This document shows positions 1-11,406 of a stretch of 64,000 bases of DNA, piece after piece. This stretch comes from Lama guanicoe (lineage: Eukaryota), in NCBI GenBank assembly GCA_013239625.1, contig MU053472.1, forward strand, positions 3,011,822 through 3,075,821. Reading direction: 5' to 3'. Positions within the stretch are counted from its first letter, which is position 1. Each line of letters opens with the position of its first letter. A program made the position numbers and the translations under genes. The notes below the pieces were generated by a model, which was given only the letters and a program-made list of their open reading frames with translations, was not told where the DNA came from and made no database searches.

Positions 1-340
1 AGCAAGGGTTTGTTCCAGATTGAGTTCTGTTAGGAAGCAGGGGCAAGTCAATGACTGGGGACCTGAGTTTTCACCTAGGAAGCTGGAGTCACTCATGTAA
101 CTGCAACAGGGGGGGTGTTGGATACTTCTGTGGTTGTTTAATGCCGATATTTCGGTCCATGTTCAGATATGATCATGGTGTGGTCTTGTTATTGTCTTGT
201 TCCACAGTCAGAGTGAACTTGTCTGATAACTGTTACTCTGTGAAACTGTCTGTCTTCAGTGGGGAGACACTGTGGTCAGCTATTAGCTGTCAGGGCCATT
301 CCACCCCCCCACCCCCCACTTTCTCAACCAGTTGTTAATC
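1..340. mobile_element. possible LTR fragment (ERV1-like), truncated by window edge
   Basis: Sequence texture resembles old LTRs; no terminus or TSD visible. Confidence 0.25.
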
Positions 341-777
341 TTGGATTCAGAACTGCGCTTGAGTTTCCACGTGGGGCTCTAGAAACCAAGGTGACAAAGT
401 GGGACCAAGAGGATGGAAGATGGGTACCCCCCCCCTGCTTCTATATAGTCATTGCCATGTAGCACTTTGCTGCTTCAGAAATGCTCTTGGCCTGATGGCT
501 GCATCCTCTCCAGGGCTGGGGGAAGGGGTGAGAGGGAGCTGCTGCCCTCTAATGGCTTCTCAAGGAATTACATCAGTGACAATATTCCGCAGCTAAAGCA
601 GAGGCTTCTGGAGGTCTTCCAGGAAGGGCATAACAGAAGGAAGGCAGATTTGCCTGGAAACAAGAGGCAGTCAAAGTTCAGATACTAAATGTGACCGCAT
701 CAGTATTCTCAGCTTGGTGAAACCTGTAGAAATATGGATTATATGAATTGTAGGTTTTCAATAAGGACGTATTGCTT

Positions 778-940
778 GGGGTGGGGGGTATTGCTCAGTG
801 GTAGAGCACGTGCTTGGCGCACACGAGGTCCTGGGTTCAATCCCCAGTGCCTCTGTTAATGACAAAAACATTTTTAAGTAAAAACAACTTTTTTTAAAAA
901 GAACATATTGCTTTTCCTAATTACCTCCTTCCTCCCCCAA
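778..940 (+). mobile_element. tRNA-derived SINE (Vic-1-like) with interrupted tail
   Basis: A box TTGCTCAGTGGTAGAG, B box GGTTCAATCCC, tail CCTAATTACCTCC at 916; target motif AAGAACATATT(G/A)CTT at 897-915 and 941-959, diverged copy at 760-777. Confidence 0.9.
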
Positions 941-1129
941 AAAAGAACATATTACTTTTATAATCAGAGAAGGTAGATATATAGGATAAAAAAATTAGAA
1001 TTTAAACATTTACGTTGGACTGAAAAACAAATGTGACCTAGAAACGCAGAATAATTAAAGATGAGGGGGTTAGAAAACTTTAATATCAAGGGTTATATAA
1101 ATAAAGGTTAAAAGTTGACTTAAGTTGGG

Positions 1130-1775
1130 GAGGATCTGAGAAATTGGAACCCTTGTGCATTGCTGATGGAAATGTAAAACAGTTTAGTTGTTGTGGAAAA
1201 CAGTAAGGCAGTTCCTCAAAAAATTAAACATAGAATTACCATATGATCCATCAATTTCACGCTTAGGTATGTACCCAAAAGAATTGAAAGCAGGGACTTG
1301 AACAGATATTTGTACACCCACATTCACAGTAGCCAAAAAATAGAAAAAAGCCAAATGTCTATCAACAAACGAATGGATGAACCACATGAATATACGTACA
1401 AAGGAATATTATCCAGCCTTAAAAGGGAATGAAATTCTGGCATATGCTACCACAAGGATGAATCTCGAGAGCATTATGCTAAGTGAAATAAACCAGACCC
1501 AAAGCACAAATACCGCATGATTCCATTCATAGGCGGTACCTAGAATAGGCAAATTCATAAAGACAGAAAGTATAAAAGATGTTACCAAGGACCGAGAAAG
1601 AGAGAACGGGGAGTAACTGTTTAATGAGTAGAGTTACTGTTTGGGATGATGAAAAGTTCTGAAAATAGATAGTGTGATGATTACACAGGACAGTGAATGT
1701 ACTTAATGCCACTGAATTGTACACTTAAAAGTGGTGAAAATGATAAATTTTATGTCATGCATATTTTATGTAAGT
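1130..1775 (+). mobile_element. L1 3' end (L1MB-like)
   Basis: L1 ORF2-end/3'UTR motifs: GAAATTGGAACCCTTGTGCATTGCTGATGG, CATATGATCCA, ATGCTAAGTGAAATAAACCAG, AATGCCACTGAATTGTACACTTAAAA. Confidence 0.9.
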
Positions 1776-2329
1776 ATTTTCAATTTATTACCTTATTTTT
1801 AAAGAAATACAAAATGTTCCTTTTGCTTGCTTTTTTTAAAAATTGTTTTTTGGACTTTGCTGGATGATTTTTATTACACAAAAGTACATCTAAGGGCTTT
1901 ACTATTATATACTTTAAAATAAAGTTACAATTTCATGGCTGTAGGCACAAATTCTTTGGATTTTTCTTATGGCCAGATGAAATTAAATTGAAGGCTGGAG
2001 GTTTCCCACCCATCTTTTAAAGAAATAGCATTTTAAGGCTTTTCTGTTATTTTTATATGCCAGGTAGTTCTTGGTCTAGAGGGTAAACTTAAAGATACTG
2101 TAAATCAGCTATCCTCAACTAAATTAATAGTTTGGCTTGATTCATGATTACTATATTCAACTTTGATTATAATTAGAGAAAATAAAGTGATTCTAAATAG
2201 AACTCTAAATAGAAGCATATTAAAAACTGGTTCCCAAAATAGCCCCAGAGTGGAAAAACACTATTTCACTGTTGTTGAAGTTTTAAGTTTTTCAAACACA
2301 AGGAAAGGGTATACTGTAACAGGGCAGCC

Positions 2330-2540
2330 TGTGAAGCTTCCTGGAATTCAGATCAGAAGATCTGAGTCCCAATTTCCTAGGCATTGTGTGAGTTTAACTG
2401 TACCCAGCACAGTGTCTGGAACATGGTAGATGAGCAGTGAATATGTGCTGAATGAGTGGATGATAAGTTAGTGTCACCTCCTCTCTCTGAACCTCAATTT
2501 TCTCATCTGAATAAGAAGGGAACTGGATGAGATGAGTGGG
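2330..2540 (+). mobile_element. MIR fragment interrupted by an L2 3' end
   Basis: CTCTCTGAACCTCAATTTTCTCATCTG (MIR core); CCAGCACAGTGTCTGGAACATGGTAG...TGCTGAATGA (L2 tail). Confidence 0.6.
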
Positions 2541-3090
2541 TATCAGCTCTGGTTGCACGTTAGAACCATCTGGAGAGCTTTTCAAACTACTGTTGCTGCT
2601 GTCTTTAAAAAGGAATGCATTCTAATACACATCGTCACATTGATGAACCTTGAAGATGTTGTGCTAAGTGAACTAACACAGATACAAAAGGACAGATAAT
2701 GTATGAGGTACCTGGCATAGTCAAATTCATAAAAACAGCAAGTGGATGGTGGTTACCAAGAGATGGGAGGAAGAGGGAACAAGGAGTTATTTTTTAATGG
2801 ATACAGAATTCCTGATTGGGAAGATGAAAAAGTTCTGGAGGCGGATGGTGGTGGTGGTTCAAAGACAGCGTGAATGTACTTGATGCCACTGAACTGTACA
2901 CTTGAAACTGGTTAAAATGATGAATTTCATGTTTTGTATATTTTAATACACACACACAAATATTGATGCCCCATGCCAGACCAACTGAGTCAGACTGGGC
3001 GCGGGGTGGGTGACAAAGTGTTGGGGCCTGAGTATGGGCATTTTTTAAAAAGCTTTTCAGGTAATTTTGATGCACACTCAGATGATGTCT
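2540..3090. mobile_element. MER5-type hAT-Charlie element split by an L1 insertion
   Basis: GGTTGCACGTTAGAACCATCTGGAGAGCTTTT at 2551 resumes after the L1 at about 2958 (CCAACTGAGTCAGA...AGGTAATTTTGATGCAC). Confidence 0.65.
2605..2950 (+). mobile_element. L1 3' end (L1MB-like)
   Basis: GATGAACCTTGAAGATGTTGTGCTAAGTGAA...GAAGATGAAAAAGTTCTGGAG...GCCACTGAACTGTACACTT; clearly homologous to 1440-1770. Confidence 0.88.
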
Positions 3091-4188
3091 AAGATTCTGT
3101 TTTACTTCAGCCATTCATAACTTTAAGCAAGATGGTCTGATGAGAGAAAATGAAGTATGTCAACATTGTGCCTCAGTTTCACAAATGCAAAGAACTACTT
3201 CCTTGGATAAATTGCCTGAATCGTAATTGTTAATGGACTTACACAGTTGGGTTTTTTTGGGTTTTTTGTTTTTCTATTTTTTAATCTGTTTAGTAATTTT
3301 ACTTCTTTTCTTAAAATGAATTAACCTTTTCATGAAACTTCATTGAACAGATATACAATTCTCCACTCAATTAAGATCTCTATAAATAACAATAGATTCT
3401 GATACAAGTTGTATATTTATTTGCCAAGGCCAGTCCTTTCTGAAGCCTGACTTTTCTGTTTCAGTTGTCGCAAATATCCAGATAAGTTTTCAACCCAAGA
3501 CTTTAAAGTAATAATTGCAGAATAATTGTTTTTTCCCCGAGATAAAATGATTTTAAAGTAACAGGTTTGTAACCATTAAAAGCAATTAGAAAGTTTTCAG
3601 TAATGGAAATTTGAAGTGAAACAAAAGAAAAAAACATGGGTTCTTTTCCTAGAAATCTAATTGTTTTATAAAAAAGGGTTGTTTTGAGATATTTCATTGT
3701 CTTGGTACAATAATCACAGGGCATTGAACCAGCCTGCAAAATCAGGGCTGAACTAAATCAAAGATGATAGAAACAATTTTTAATTATTTCTCAGCAAAAA
3801 TGAAAAGAATTGATGCATGTGAAATAAAAAAAGTAATAGATTTCTGTTTTAGAGTTTTTATACATGTTACTTGTAAATCTTCTAATGAGTTTTGAGTGAA
3901 AATTGTTCTTAGCAAAACAACAAGCTTAAGTGAGTTAAACTTCTAGAAGTCAGTATTAATTTTTTTGTCTTTCCTTCAGAACTTGAGTCGAAATATCCTC
4001 TTTAAAATATAGATGATAGCGCTACATGTTTTCTGTGGACAGTGTAGCCTAAATGTGCTGTATACCAACTACAGCTGTGAAATTACTGCATGAATTCACA
4101 CCATAACAGAGGAACACATCTTTGTGCTTTTAAACCATATCAGATCCTGGCTTGTAAGCTGTTCAGACAAGGCATTTATTCTTTTCTT

Positions 4189-4284
4189 ATTTTTAAAAGA
4201 AATTTTAATGGAAGTACTGGGGATTGGACCCAGGACCTTATGCATGCTAAGCATGTGCTCTGCCACTGAGCTGTACCCGAACCC
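4189..4284 (-). mobile_element. tRNA-derived SINE (Vic-1-like), short form
   Basis: Reverse complement of SINE head; TSD CTTTTCTT at 4181-4188 and 4285-4292. Confidence 0.92.
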
Positions 4285-4369
4285 CTTTTCTTGCCTAGTC
4301 AGAAGTCCTGATAACAATGTGGTTTCAAAGAATAAACATAGTATTCTCTCTTTCACTCAGTCTCTTTTC

Positions 4370-4670
4370 TTTCATTTAAAAAAAATTTACTGAGCATTCA
4401 TTTTGTGCCTTTGCTCATTCCTATGGATACAGAAATGATAAAGCACATTCCTTGCCTTCAAAGGGTTCACAATGAAATGGAGAAGACAGACAAATAAGCA
4501 TATAATATGCAATAGTAAATAAACAAACATAAAAGATGCATAGGCAATATGGTTAGACACACAGGATATTGCAAAAGTGCACAGGAGAGGTGCATAAACC
4601 AGGCGGAGGGAGAGGAAAGCAGGCAGAGAAAGTTTCCCTGGAGCACGTAATATTTCTTTGAATTAAAATA
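4370..4670 (-). mobile_element. L2 3' fragment
   Basis: TTTACTGAGCATTCATTTTGTGCC...CCTTGCCTTCAAAGGGTTCACAAT, typical antisense L2 tail. Confidence 0.6.
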
Positions 4671-4722
4671 GAGGGTTCCTTATACTTTGTGATTAAATAC
4701 ACATTTTTAAAAGCCTTTTTGA

Positions 4723-4891
4723 GGGGGAGGGTGTAGCTCAAGTGGTAGAGTGCATACTTAGCATGTATGAGGTCCCGGGTTCAGTCCCCAGTACCTCCTC
4801 AAAAAAAATAACTAAACTTGGTAATTTCCTCCCACCCCCTGCCAAAATAAAATAATTAAATAATATGATAAATAAATAAAATATTTAAATA
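4723..4891 (+). mobile_element. tRNA-derived SINE (Vic-1-like), long form
   Basis: GGGGAGGGTGTAGCTCAAGTGGTAGAG...GGTTCAGTCCCCAGTACCTCC, A-rich tail; TSD AAAAGCC(T/A)TTTTG at about 4709 and 4892. Confidence 0.93.
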
Positions 4892-5284
4892 AAAAGCCAT
4901 TTTGGATTTCAGTATTTTATATGTAAACATTTAAGGCCTGGTTTTTGTACAGAAAACATTCAGTCTTATAAAAACAGTAGAAAATCCTCTTTGGCTTTGA
5001 GCAGAGAAGAGCGCAAGGAGGTGGAGACGGCTACTCCATTCCTCCCAGCCCATTTCCTGGAAGGCCTGCCTCTCTACCAAGTTCTCTCGTTTTGATTCCC
5101 TGCGCTAATACGACCACATCTGCTCCCAGCAGCGCGGCCAACACCCTTTTTGCTGCAGACCGGATAAACAAGTCTCTCATTTCTCTGCAAAGCACCAAGT
5201 CTTGTCTAAGGAAAATTAAAAATGAATTAATTTCACTAAACAGAAATGCTATAAATGTAATGATATATCCTACTATGATAATAT

Positions 5285-5410
5285 AGAAATATTACATGAA
5301 TGATATTAACCATAAATACATATACAAATAATATGTAGCTATTATGTAAATAATATATAATATAAATAGAATAGGTGTAATATAGATATATAAAATATAA
5401 ATTATATAAA
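5285..5410. repeat. AT-rich low-complexity tract
   Basis: Degenerate TA/ATA repeats. Confidence 0.7.
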
Positions 5411-5779
5411 GGCTGAAGCAGTCTAAAAAGCATCTCCTAAAGTCTAAATTTCTTCACATGACATTCCAGGAGTCTCATAATCTAGACTCCAACTTTCTCT
5501 CCAGCCTTATCCTTTGCTATTTCCCTTTGTATTTTTTGTGGTCCAACACCATCTAATTGCTCTCGGCATCCTAAATAGGTCAGTGCTTGCTCACACTTCC
5601 ACACCCTGGGAGGATGGAATGCATCCTGTCCCCACACCTCCTCTTCAGTTGTCACCTCCTCTAAATGCCACCCTTAATGCCCCAGGCTGGGTAGAGACCC
5701 CATCTTTGATCACTCAAAGTACTGGGCACATACTCAAACTTTCTTGAATATAAGATTCAACTATGGTGTTTTTAAAACT

Positions 5780-5885
5780 AATGCAGGACCTCAGAAGTTC
5801 CATGCGAGAAGGCTGGTAATCTGTATCTTTAACAAGTCACCCAGGGGATTCTCATGCTCAGAAAAGTTTTGGAAACATTGCCCTA
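5780..5885. mobile_element. MER5-type hAT fragment
   Basis: ATCTGTATCTTTAACAAGTCACCCAGGGGATTCTCATGC...AAGTTTTGGAAACATTG. Confidence 0.65.
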
Positions 5886-6214
5886 TATTACAGGATTTCT
5901 CATATTACCATTATCTGTCTTTCAGTAGCCTGCAAACTGCATTTATTCATTATTGTATTCCCAGTCCCAATACAGTGGCCAACTCATGAAAGGAAGCGAA
6001 ATATGAATGAATGAAAAACTTAATGTATGTTTCTTTTCATAGGAGTTCTAGAAGCATTGGAAAAGCACTCCTCTGAGTTCTGCATTGTCCTATTCCATGA
6101 TAACTCTTTGTTAAATTACTCCTGTGTTTATTTTTTCTTCTTAGCACCATGGCTAGTCACTTACTTCCCACTCTCCAGATGCTGCACATCCCCGAGGTCT
6201 TACTCATATTAGGA

Positions 6215-6375
6215 TGAAGCCTCAGTTTTCCCTGTAAGAAGTGAGAATGTTAATAGTGCCTATCTCATAAGGGGTTTTTTAAGTGTGTGTGTGAAGTAAA
6301 TGGAATAATACATGTAAAACACCTAGCACAATGTCTAATATTAGGAAGTGTTAAATAAATGCAGTAGTAATAAAG
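6215..6375 (+). mobile_element. MIR
   Basis: GCCTCAGTTTTCCCTGTAAGAAGTGAG...ATACATGTAAAACACCTAGCACAATGTC. Confidence 0.8.
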
Positions 6376-6455
6376 ATGAAAACCAATCAGACTTAGTAAC
6401 TTGGGAGATGTTACTGCCCTTGTGAAGCCCCAGCACAAAAAAAGCAATGTGATGC

Positions 6456-6475
6456 AAAAAAAAAAAAAAAAAAAG
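6456..6475 (+). mobile_element. poly(A)-only retroinsertion with TSD
   Basis: A19 flanked by GCAATGTGATGC at 6444-6455 and 6476-6487. Confidence 0.65.
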
Positions 6476-6541
6476 GCAATGTGATGCTTTGAGCCATTTC
6501 TTTGAAGGCGACACATTAAGACTTAAAAATCCTTTCTCTTG

Positions 6542-6582
6542 AAATTTCAATAAAGGAAATAATTTCCTTTCAAACATAAAAA
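6542..6582 (+). pseudogene. ultra-short 5'-truncated retrocopy of an unidentified polyadenylated RNA
   Basis: Perfect 17-bp TSD AAAAATCCTTTCTCTTG (6525-6541, 6583-6599), TT/AAAA site, AATAAA at 6549-6554, A-run from 6578. Confidence 0.7.
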
Positions 6583-7724
6583 AAAAATCCTTTCTCTTGT
6601 TGCCACATTTCAATATTCTTTCTGTCATAGCCTCTCTTCCCCTATCACTAATCACATTTCGTGGCAAAGGTTAATATTATTAAGAGAGGTAGAAGAGTTG
6701 GCATGCTAATGCAAACTTTGCCCCTATTTGGGAGTTTATGCTTGGAGGCTTTCTCTAAATATTTGTCTTTCAAGTTCTTAGCATCCTGTAATGTCTAGTA
6801 CCTGGCCAAGAGCACTGAATTCCAAGGAACCAGAACTTCATTCATCATCTTTGCCTCCCTCTACCCGAAGATGTCCAGTATCAATACATCGATACCAAAA
6901 TATCATCCACCATGGGCATCTGCTAAGGATAAGGTGATGGCCAAATATTCTGGGTCCAAAGAAACTTCAGGTTATCACCTGTTGACTTTTTTTAATCGAC
7001 AAAGAGATGCAGAATGACAGAAGGCTATGTTGTTGCCTAATCCTTGACAACAAAGGAAAAGAAATATTAACCCAAGAGATTTGGCTGCTTGCTTCGGCTG
7101 CTTAAATGATAATCCAGAATAACTCAACTCTGACTGGTTATCCCATCTCCTCACTCAGCACATTTTCGCCCCCGCTAAAGGCCAATTTCTTTTAAAATAT
7201 AATCTTTACCTAATTTAAACTTACAAGATCCCTAGGAACTTCCTAGTTATCCTTTTAAGGTTAATGCTTGGATCACAGTGAATTTGCAGTTTTTCCAAAG
7301 CCTTGGTATCTGCTCCTCCCAAGTCCATGCTTTCTGTAAGATTCAGGTCAGGGCAATCTAGAGGAAGGTGCAGGTCTAGGGGAAGTGGCCTCACCCAAAT
7401 CTGTTCATCTTAGGTCTATAATGTGATGGTACTTGAGCTAAAGAATCTACAATAAGACATAAATACAAAAAAAAAAAGCACTAAAGCTATTACATTTGAA
7501 TGCTAAATAATCATAATAGCAACACTAATCTCCATGTATTTTGGCCTTATCTCATCTTGAGACACACTCAAATGCATTTTGTTGGAAATGTAACCTACTA
7601 GCTGCATTTCCTCTTTTCAGACTCGTCAAATAAATGAAACTTCCCAGGTCAGATGACTTATTTATCTAAAATAAACTTGCAAGTCACTGTGTGGTCTGGT
7701 CCACGTGACCCCTTCAGCTTTAAA

Positions 7725-7860
7725 AAGCACAAACTGAGTCCCTACTATGTGCTACACAGGGTTCTGGGTATATTCTCAAACATGTTTTTATCCAGCTCCT
7801 TTTATGACTAAGGAAACATAAGCTTAGTGAGGTTAAATCCCTTGCCAGATTTTCAGCATA
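7725..7860 (-). mobile_element. MIR
   Basis: CTGAGTCCCTACTATGTGC...AAGGAAACATAAGCTTAGTGAGGTTAAATCCCTTGCC. Confidence 0.6.
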
Positions 7861-7999
7861 ATTCAAAACCTAGTGCCCCGCCATTACTTCCTCTACCAAA
7901 ATACAAAACGCGAGATATCTTTGTACAAAGAGGAACTGAGAAATAAAATGCAAGTTTTTTCTTGTTTTTCACAATGTTCCATTGGAGAAATATGTATTG

Positions 8000-8110
8000 A
8001 GAAATACTTATGAGCATTTGCCATATACCAGACATGATTAGGCACTAGAAATGTGGTCGTGAACAAAACAGAAAGCTTACATCTAAATGGGAGGAGATAG
8101 CAAATAAACA
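8000..8110 (-). mobile_element. L2 3' end
   Basis: ATACTTATGAGCATTTGCCATATACCAGACATGATTAGGCACTAG...GTGAACAAAACAG. Confidence 0.65.
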
Positions 8111-8149
8111 AATGTCAATCGATAGTATGAGAGAGAGCAGTAAATGCTA

Positions 8150-9300
8150 AAAGCTCCACATTGCTCAATCCAGTAATCAATTCCCTGCCCTCGTTTTTCT
8201 TGTCCCAGGAACCAGCACGTCTTGTACCTTTTACATGGCTGATCACTTCCTCCCATATACAGAAGCAGCTGCCTTCTCAGTCTTCATTACTGGTTCTTCC
8301 TTGTCACTCTGAACTCTGAACACGGGGTGTCCCACGACTCAGTCCTTATATCCCTTCTCTGTCTATACTCATGTTTCATTCAGTTTCGTGGCTCTGCATC
8401 CCATCTATGCACTGATGACTCCCACATGCGTTATCTCCATCCTAGACCTCTCCCGTGAATGTCTTGGTGGCAGATCTTGGATATGTCATAGGCATCTCAG
8501 ACTTAGTGAAAAAGGATTGCAATTTTATCCCAAACTTCCAGTTGCTCAGGCCACAGACATCTTTGACTCTACTTCTCCCATCCCCACAGCCAATTCATGA
8601 GGAAATGCTGTCTGCTTTACGTTCAAAATATACTCCACGTCTGTCCACTTCTCCACTTCCTCTGCTCCCCTGCTCCCCCAACCCCTGCCCCAGCCACCAT
8701 CATCTCTCTTCTGGATTACAGCAATCTCTGAACAGGAGTCCCTGCTTCTGCCCTTGCCCCCTCCAGTCAACAACCAAATTAATTCTTTGAAAAATATGTT
8801 AACCCATGTCATCCCATTTCCTAAAATACGCCAATGGATTCCCATCACACAGTAAGTAAAGCCACAAAGCTCCAGTGGCTGTCGAGGGCTGGACGGTTTG
8901 AACCTGCTCTTTTTCTGACCTCATCTTCTACCCCCAGCTCCTTGCTCACCACAGTCCTGGTACTTTGGCCTCATTGCTCTGCAAGCAAATGCCTTCCTCA
9001 GGGCCTTTGAACTTCCTGCTTCCTCTTCCTTATTTCATGGCTCACTCCTTAGACATATCTTAGGTCTGTTCAAAGTCATTGTATCAGTGAGGCTGTCCCT
9101 GAGTCCCCTATAACATGTACTTAACCCTTACCAAGCTTTCTTTTCCCCCACAAAGTTTATGCCTGACTGAGGTCCGTCTTTATATTATTTACTTTTCCTT
9201 CTTCTGTTCTTCCCACCAGAATGTCAGTTCCAGAGTTGCCTGTTTTGTTCACTGCTATGTTCCTACACTGGGACAATGTCTGGCACATTGAAAATACTCA
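8150..9300 (+). mobile_element. L2 (L2a/b-like) 3' portion
   Basis: CATCTATGCACTGATGACTCCCAC, CCACCATCATCTCTCTTCTGGATTACAGCAA, CAGGGCCTTTGAACTT, TGTTTTGTTCACTGCTATG...TGGCACATTG. Confidence 0.85.
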
Positions 9301-9314
9301 ATATCAGATGACTC

Positions 9315-9600
9315 TCAGAAGTCAGTTATTTTCAAGTGATAGAAGACCCAGCTTGAATGATCTAAAAGAAGAAGAAGAAATGTATTGACCTGTGTAACTA
9401 GAAGAATCCAGGAATGTACTGACTTCAAGCGTATCTGGAGTCAGGGGCTAAGTGATGTTATCAGGATCGCAGGTGTCTCGACGCCTGCTTCCCCCTACCC
9501 CCCACCGCCCCGTGCTGGCTTCATTCTCAGGCATATTTTCATTTCATGGTAGGAAGAAGGTGATCAGCAGTGGTGGGTTAATGACCTTATAGCTCCAAGC
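9315..9600 (-). mobile_element. MaLR LTR fragment (MLT1-like)
   Basis: CAAGTGATAGAAGACCCAGCTTGAATG...GACTTCAAGCGTATCTGGAGTCAGGGGCTAAGTGATG. Confidence 0.6.
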
Positions 9601-11406
9601 AGAAAATGAGAAGACTTCTCGCTCCGTTTTGGAGCTTAGAAACAAGCCCTTATTCCTGCAACAGGGGAGCAGAAAAAGCTGAAGACTGAACTCCAGATTT
9701 AATCACCGGAGTTGCAGAACTTCAAACAGGATTGAACGCTTGGCTGAGCCTGTCTGTTTTGCCATGGTGAGGGCCCTGGTAGGTGAAACCTGGGACCTGA
9801 CTCACGACATGGGAACGGCTGGTGCAGATCCCTGACTATTTTGACGCCCTTGATTCCTCTGAACCCTCGGAGACTGCAGAGGTGTGCCCCTTCCTACTTA
9901 AAGTGAGGACTCACAGGGGTGCAAAGATACTGTAGACGCCTCAACCTCACAGGAAAACGGGGATCCCTCTCAGCATCTGCCTCGCCCCCTCTCCTGGCTG
10001 CTAGGTCAACAACTATGTCATGTTGTAGCATAATTCAGCTGAATCTGATAAGAGAAAAAAGGGACTAACCCCCAACAGAGCTGCAGGAACAAGCCAGCCT
10101 GTGCTAGGAGGAGCCCAAGTACTTGTGGAACTGGGTTGTGAAGCGCTTGATTAAGGGGCCAGTACATAACACTGGTGAAAAATGTTTCTTTAACTTCTCT
10201 ATTGCAACTCTCCTAGGTTACGGGATTTAACCCTCAGCAAGGGCCCCAGAGGAAGGGGAAAACTCACTGCTCTTTGAAGCTTGTCCACGCTGAGTGAAGT
10301 CAAAATGTCTGCATCGCCCTGACAGATGGTAGAGGAAGGAATAAAGAAGCTGAGGGAAGTGGGCATGTTGGAATAGATATTTTATGTGAGGCCAGAAGAC
10401 CCACCAGAGGATTAGGTGACACACTTAGGTCCAGAGTACACTTCATTTGCCAAAACCATCAGGAATATGCTAGTGAGAGAGATGCCAGCATCAGTAAGAA
10501 GTTCAGGGGTGGCTGAGGCTGCCGGGAGGAACAGAGCTTGGTTCACTGATAGAAATAGGCCTGATGGGGGCTCTGAAGCAATGGAGGTCAGGGGGCAGCA
10601 CTTAACCACCAGAATCCGGGAGGGGTCGCAATTACCGAAATGACCAGCAAAGTGGAATGGCAGCCAAGGGGACTTGACCCAAAGAGAGTTGTGGAGATGG
10701 TACATGGAATATGGCATCCCAAGGGGCAAAACAGATGAACAGCCAATGTGGGTATTGCTTAATATATAAACTCAGAAGAAAGCAAGAATGGAGCAGCAGG
10801 AGGCTGAGATCGGTTGCCCTAATAAAAAGTCATGGCTGGAGAAACAGCAAGAGCTCCATTTGAACTTCAAGCTGTGGCTCCTTCCCGGGCACTTTTAGTT
10901 CCTTGTGTCCTTGGATGAGCAGGTGAGAAGAGCTGCCATCTTGGCAGGGGTAATGGCTCTGTTTAGGAGGAGGAGGAGGGCTGTGGCTACAAAATCGGGG
11001 CAAGGAAGATTATGTACAGAACTCAGTTGATCCACTTGGGTGTTTTATGGTACTCCCTTGCCCAGCCAAGATTGTATGTGGACAAGTAGAGGAACCTCAG
11101 CCTGAGAAAGGTATGATTACCAGTGGTCAGATCCTTCAGAAAAGGCTGTGTTCCACCACCAGGTAGGTTGCTGAGACAAATAGAGATGATGGTGAAGGGC
11201 AAGTAAATTTAGAATGGATAGTGGAGAGGGGAGGGCATGAGTACCAGTTGTGGCCCCAAGACCAAAAGCAGTGATGAGGACTACAGTTTAGCCCACTAAC
11301 CTTCCTCTTCTAAGTTCTTCTGCAAGAAGAAAGGTCCCCGGGAGCCTGGGAGGAGCTGTTCCCGAAATGTGAAGGAAGTGGCTCTACGTGGTGCCAGGGG
11401 GCGCAC
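9600..11406 (+). mobile_element. ERV-L internal region (ERV3-16A3/LTR16 group), decayed gag joined to dUTPase-like region
   Basis: My translations: MVRALVGETWD (about 9764); P*QMVEEGIKKLREVGMLE*IFYVRPEDPPED*VTHLGPEYTSFAKTIRNMLVREMPASVRSS (10317-10506); LTQRELWRWYMEYGIPRGKTDEQP (about 10673); LNFKLWLLPGHF...AILAGVM (about 10860-10955). These match ERV-L gag and dUTPase motifs; many stops and frameshifts. Confidence 0.85.

Noticed and set aside
10416..10643. gag-like ORF as a domesticated retroviral gene
   Set aside because: In-frame stops immediately upstream and frameshifts downstream
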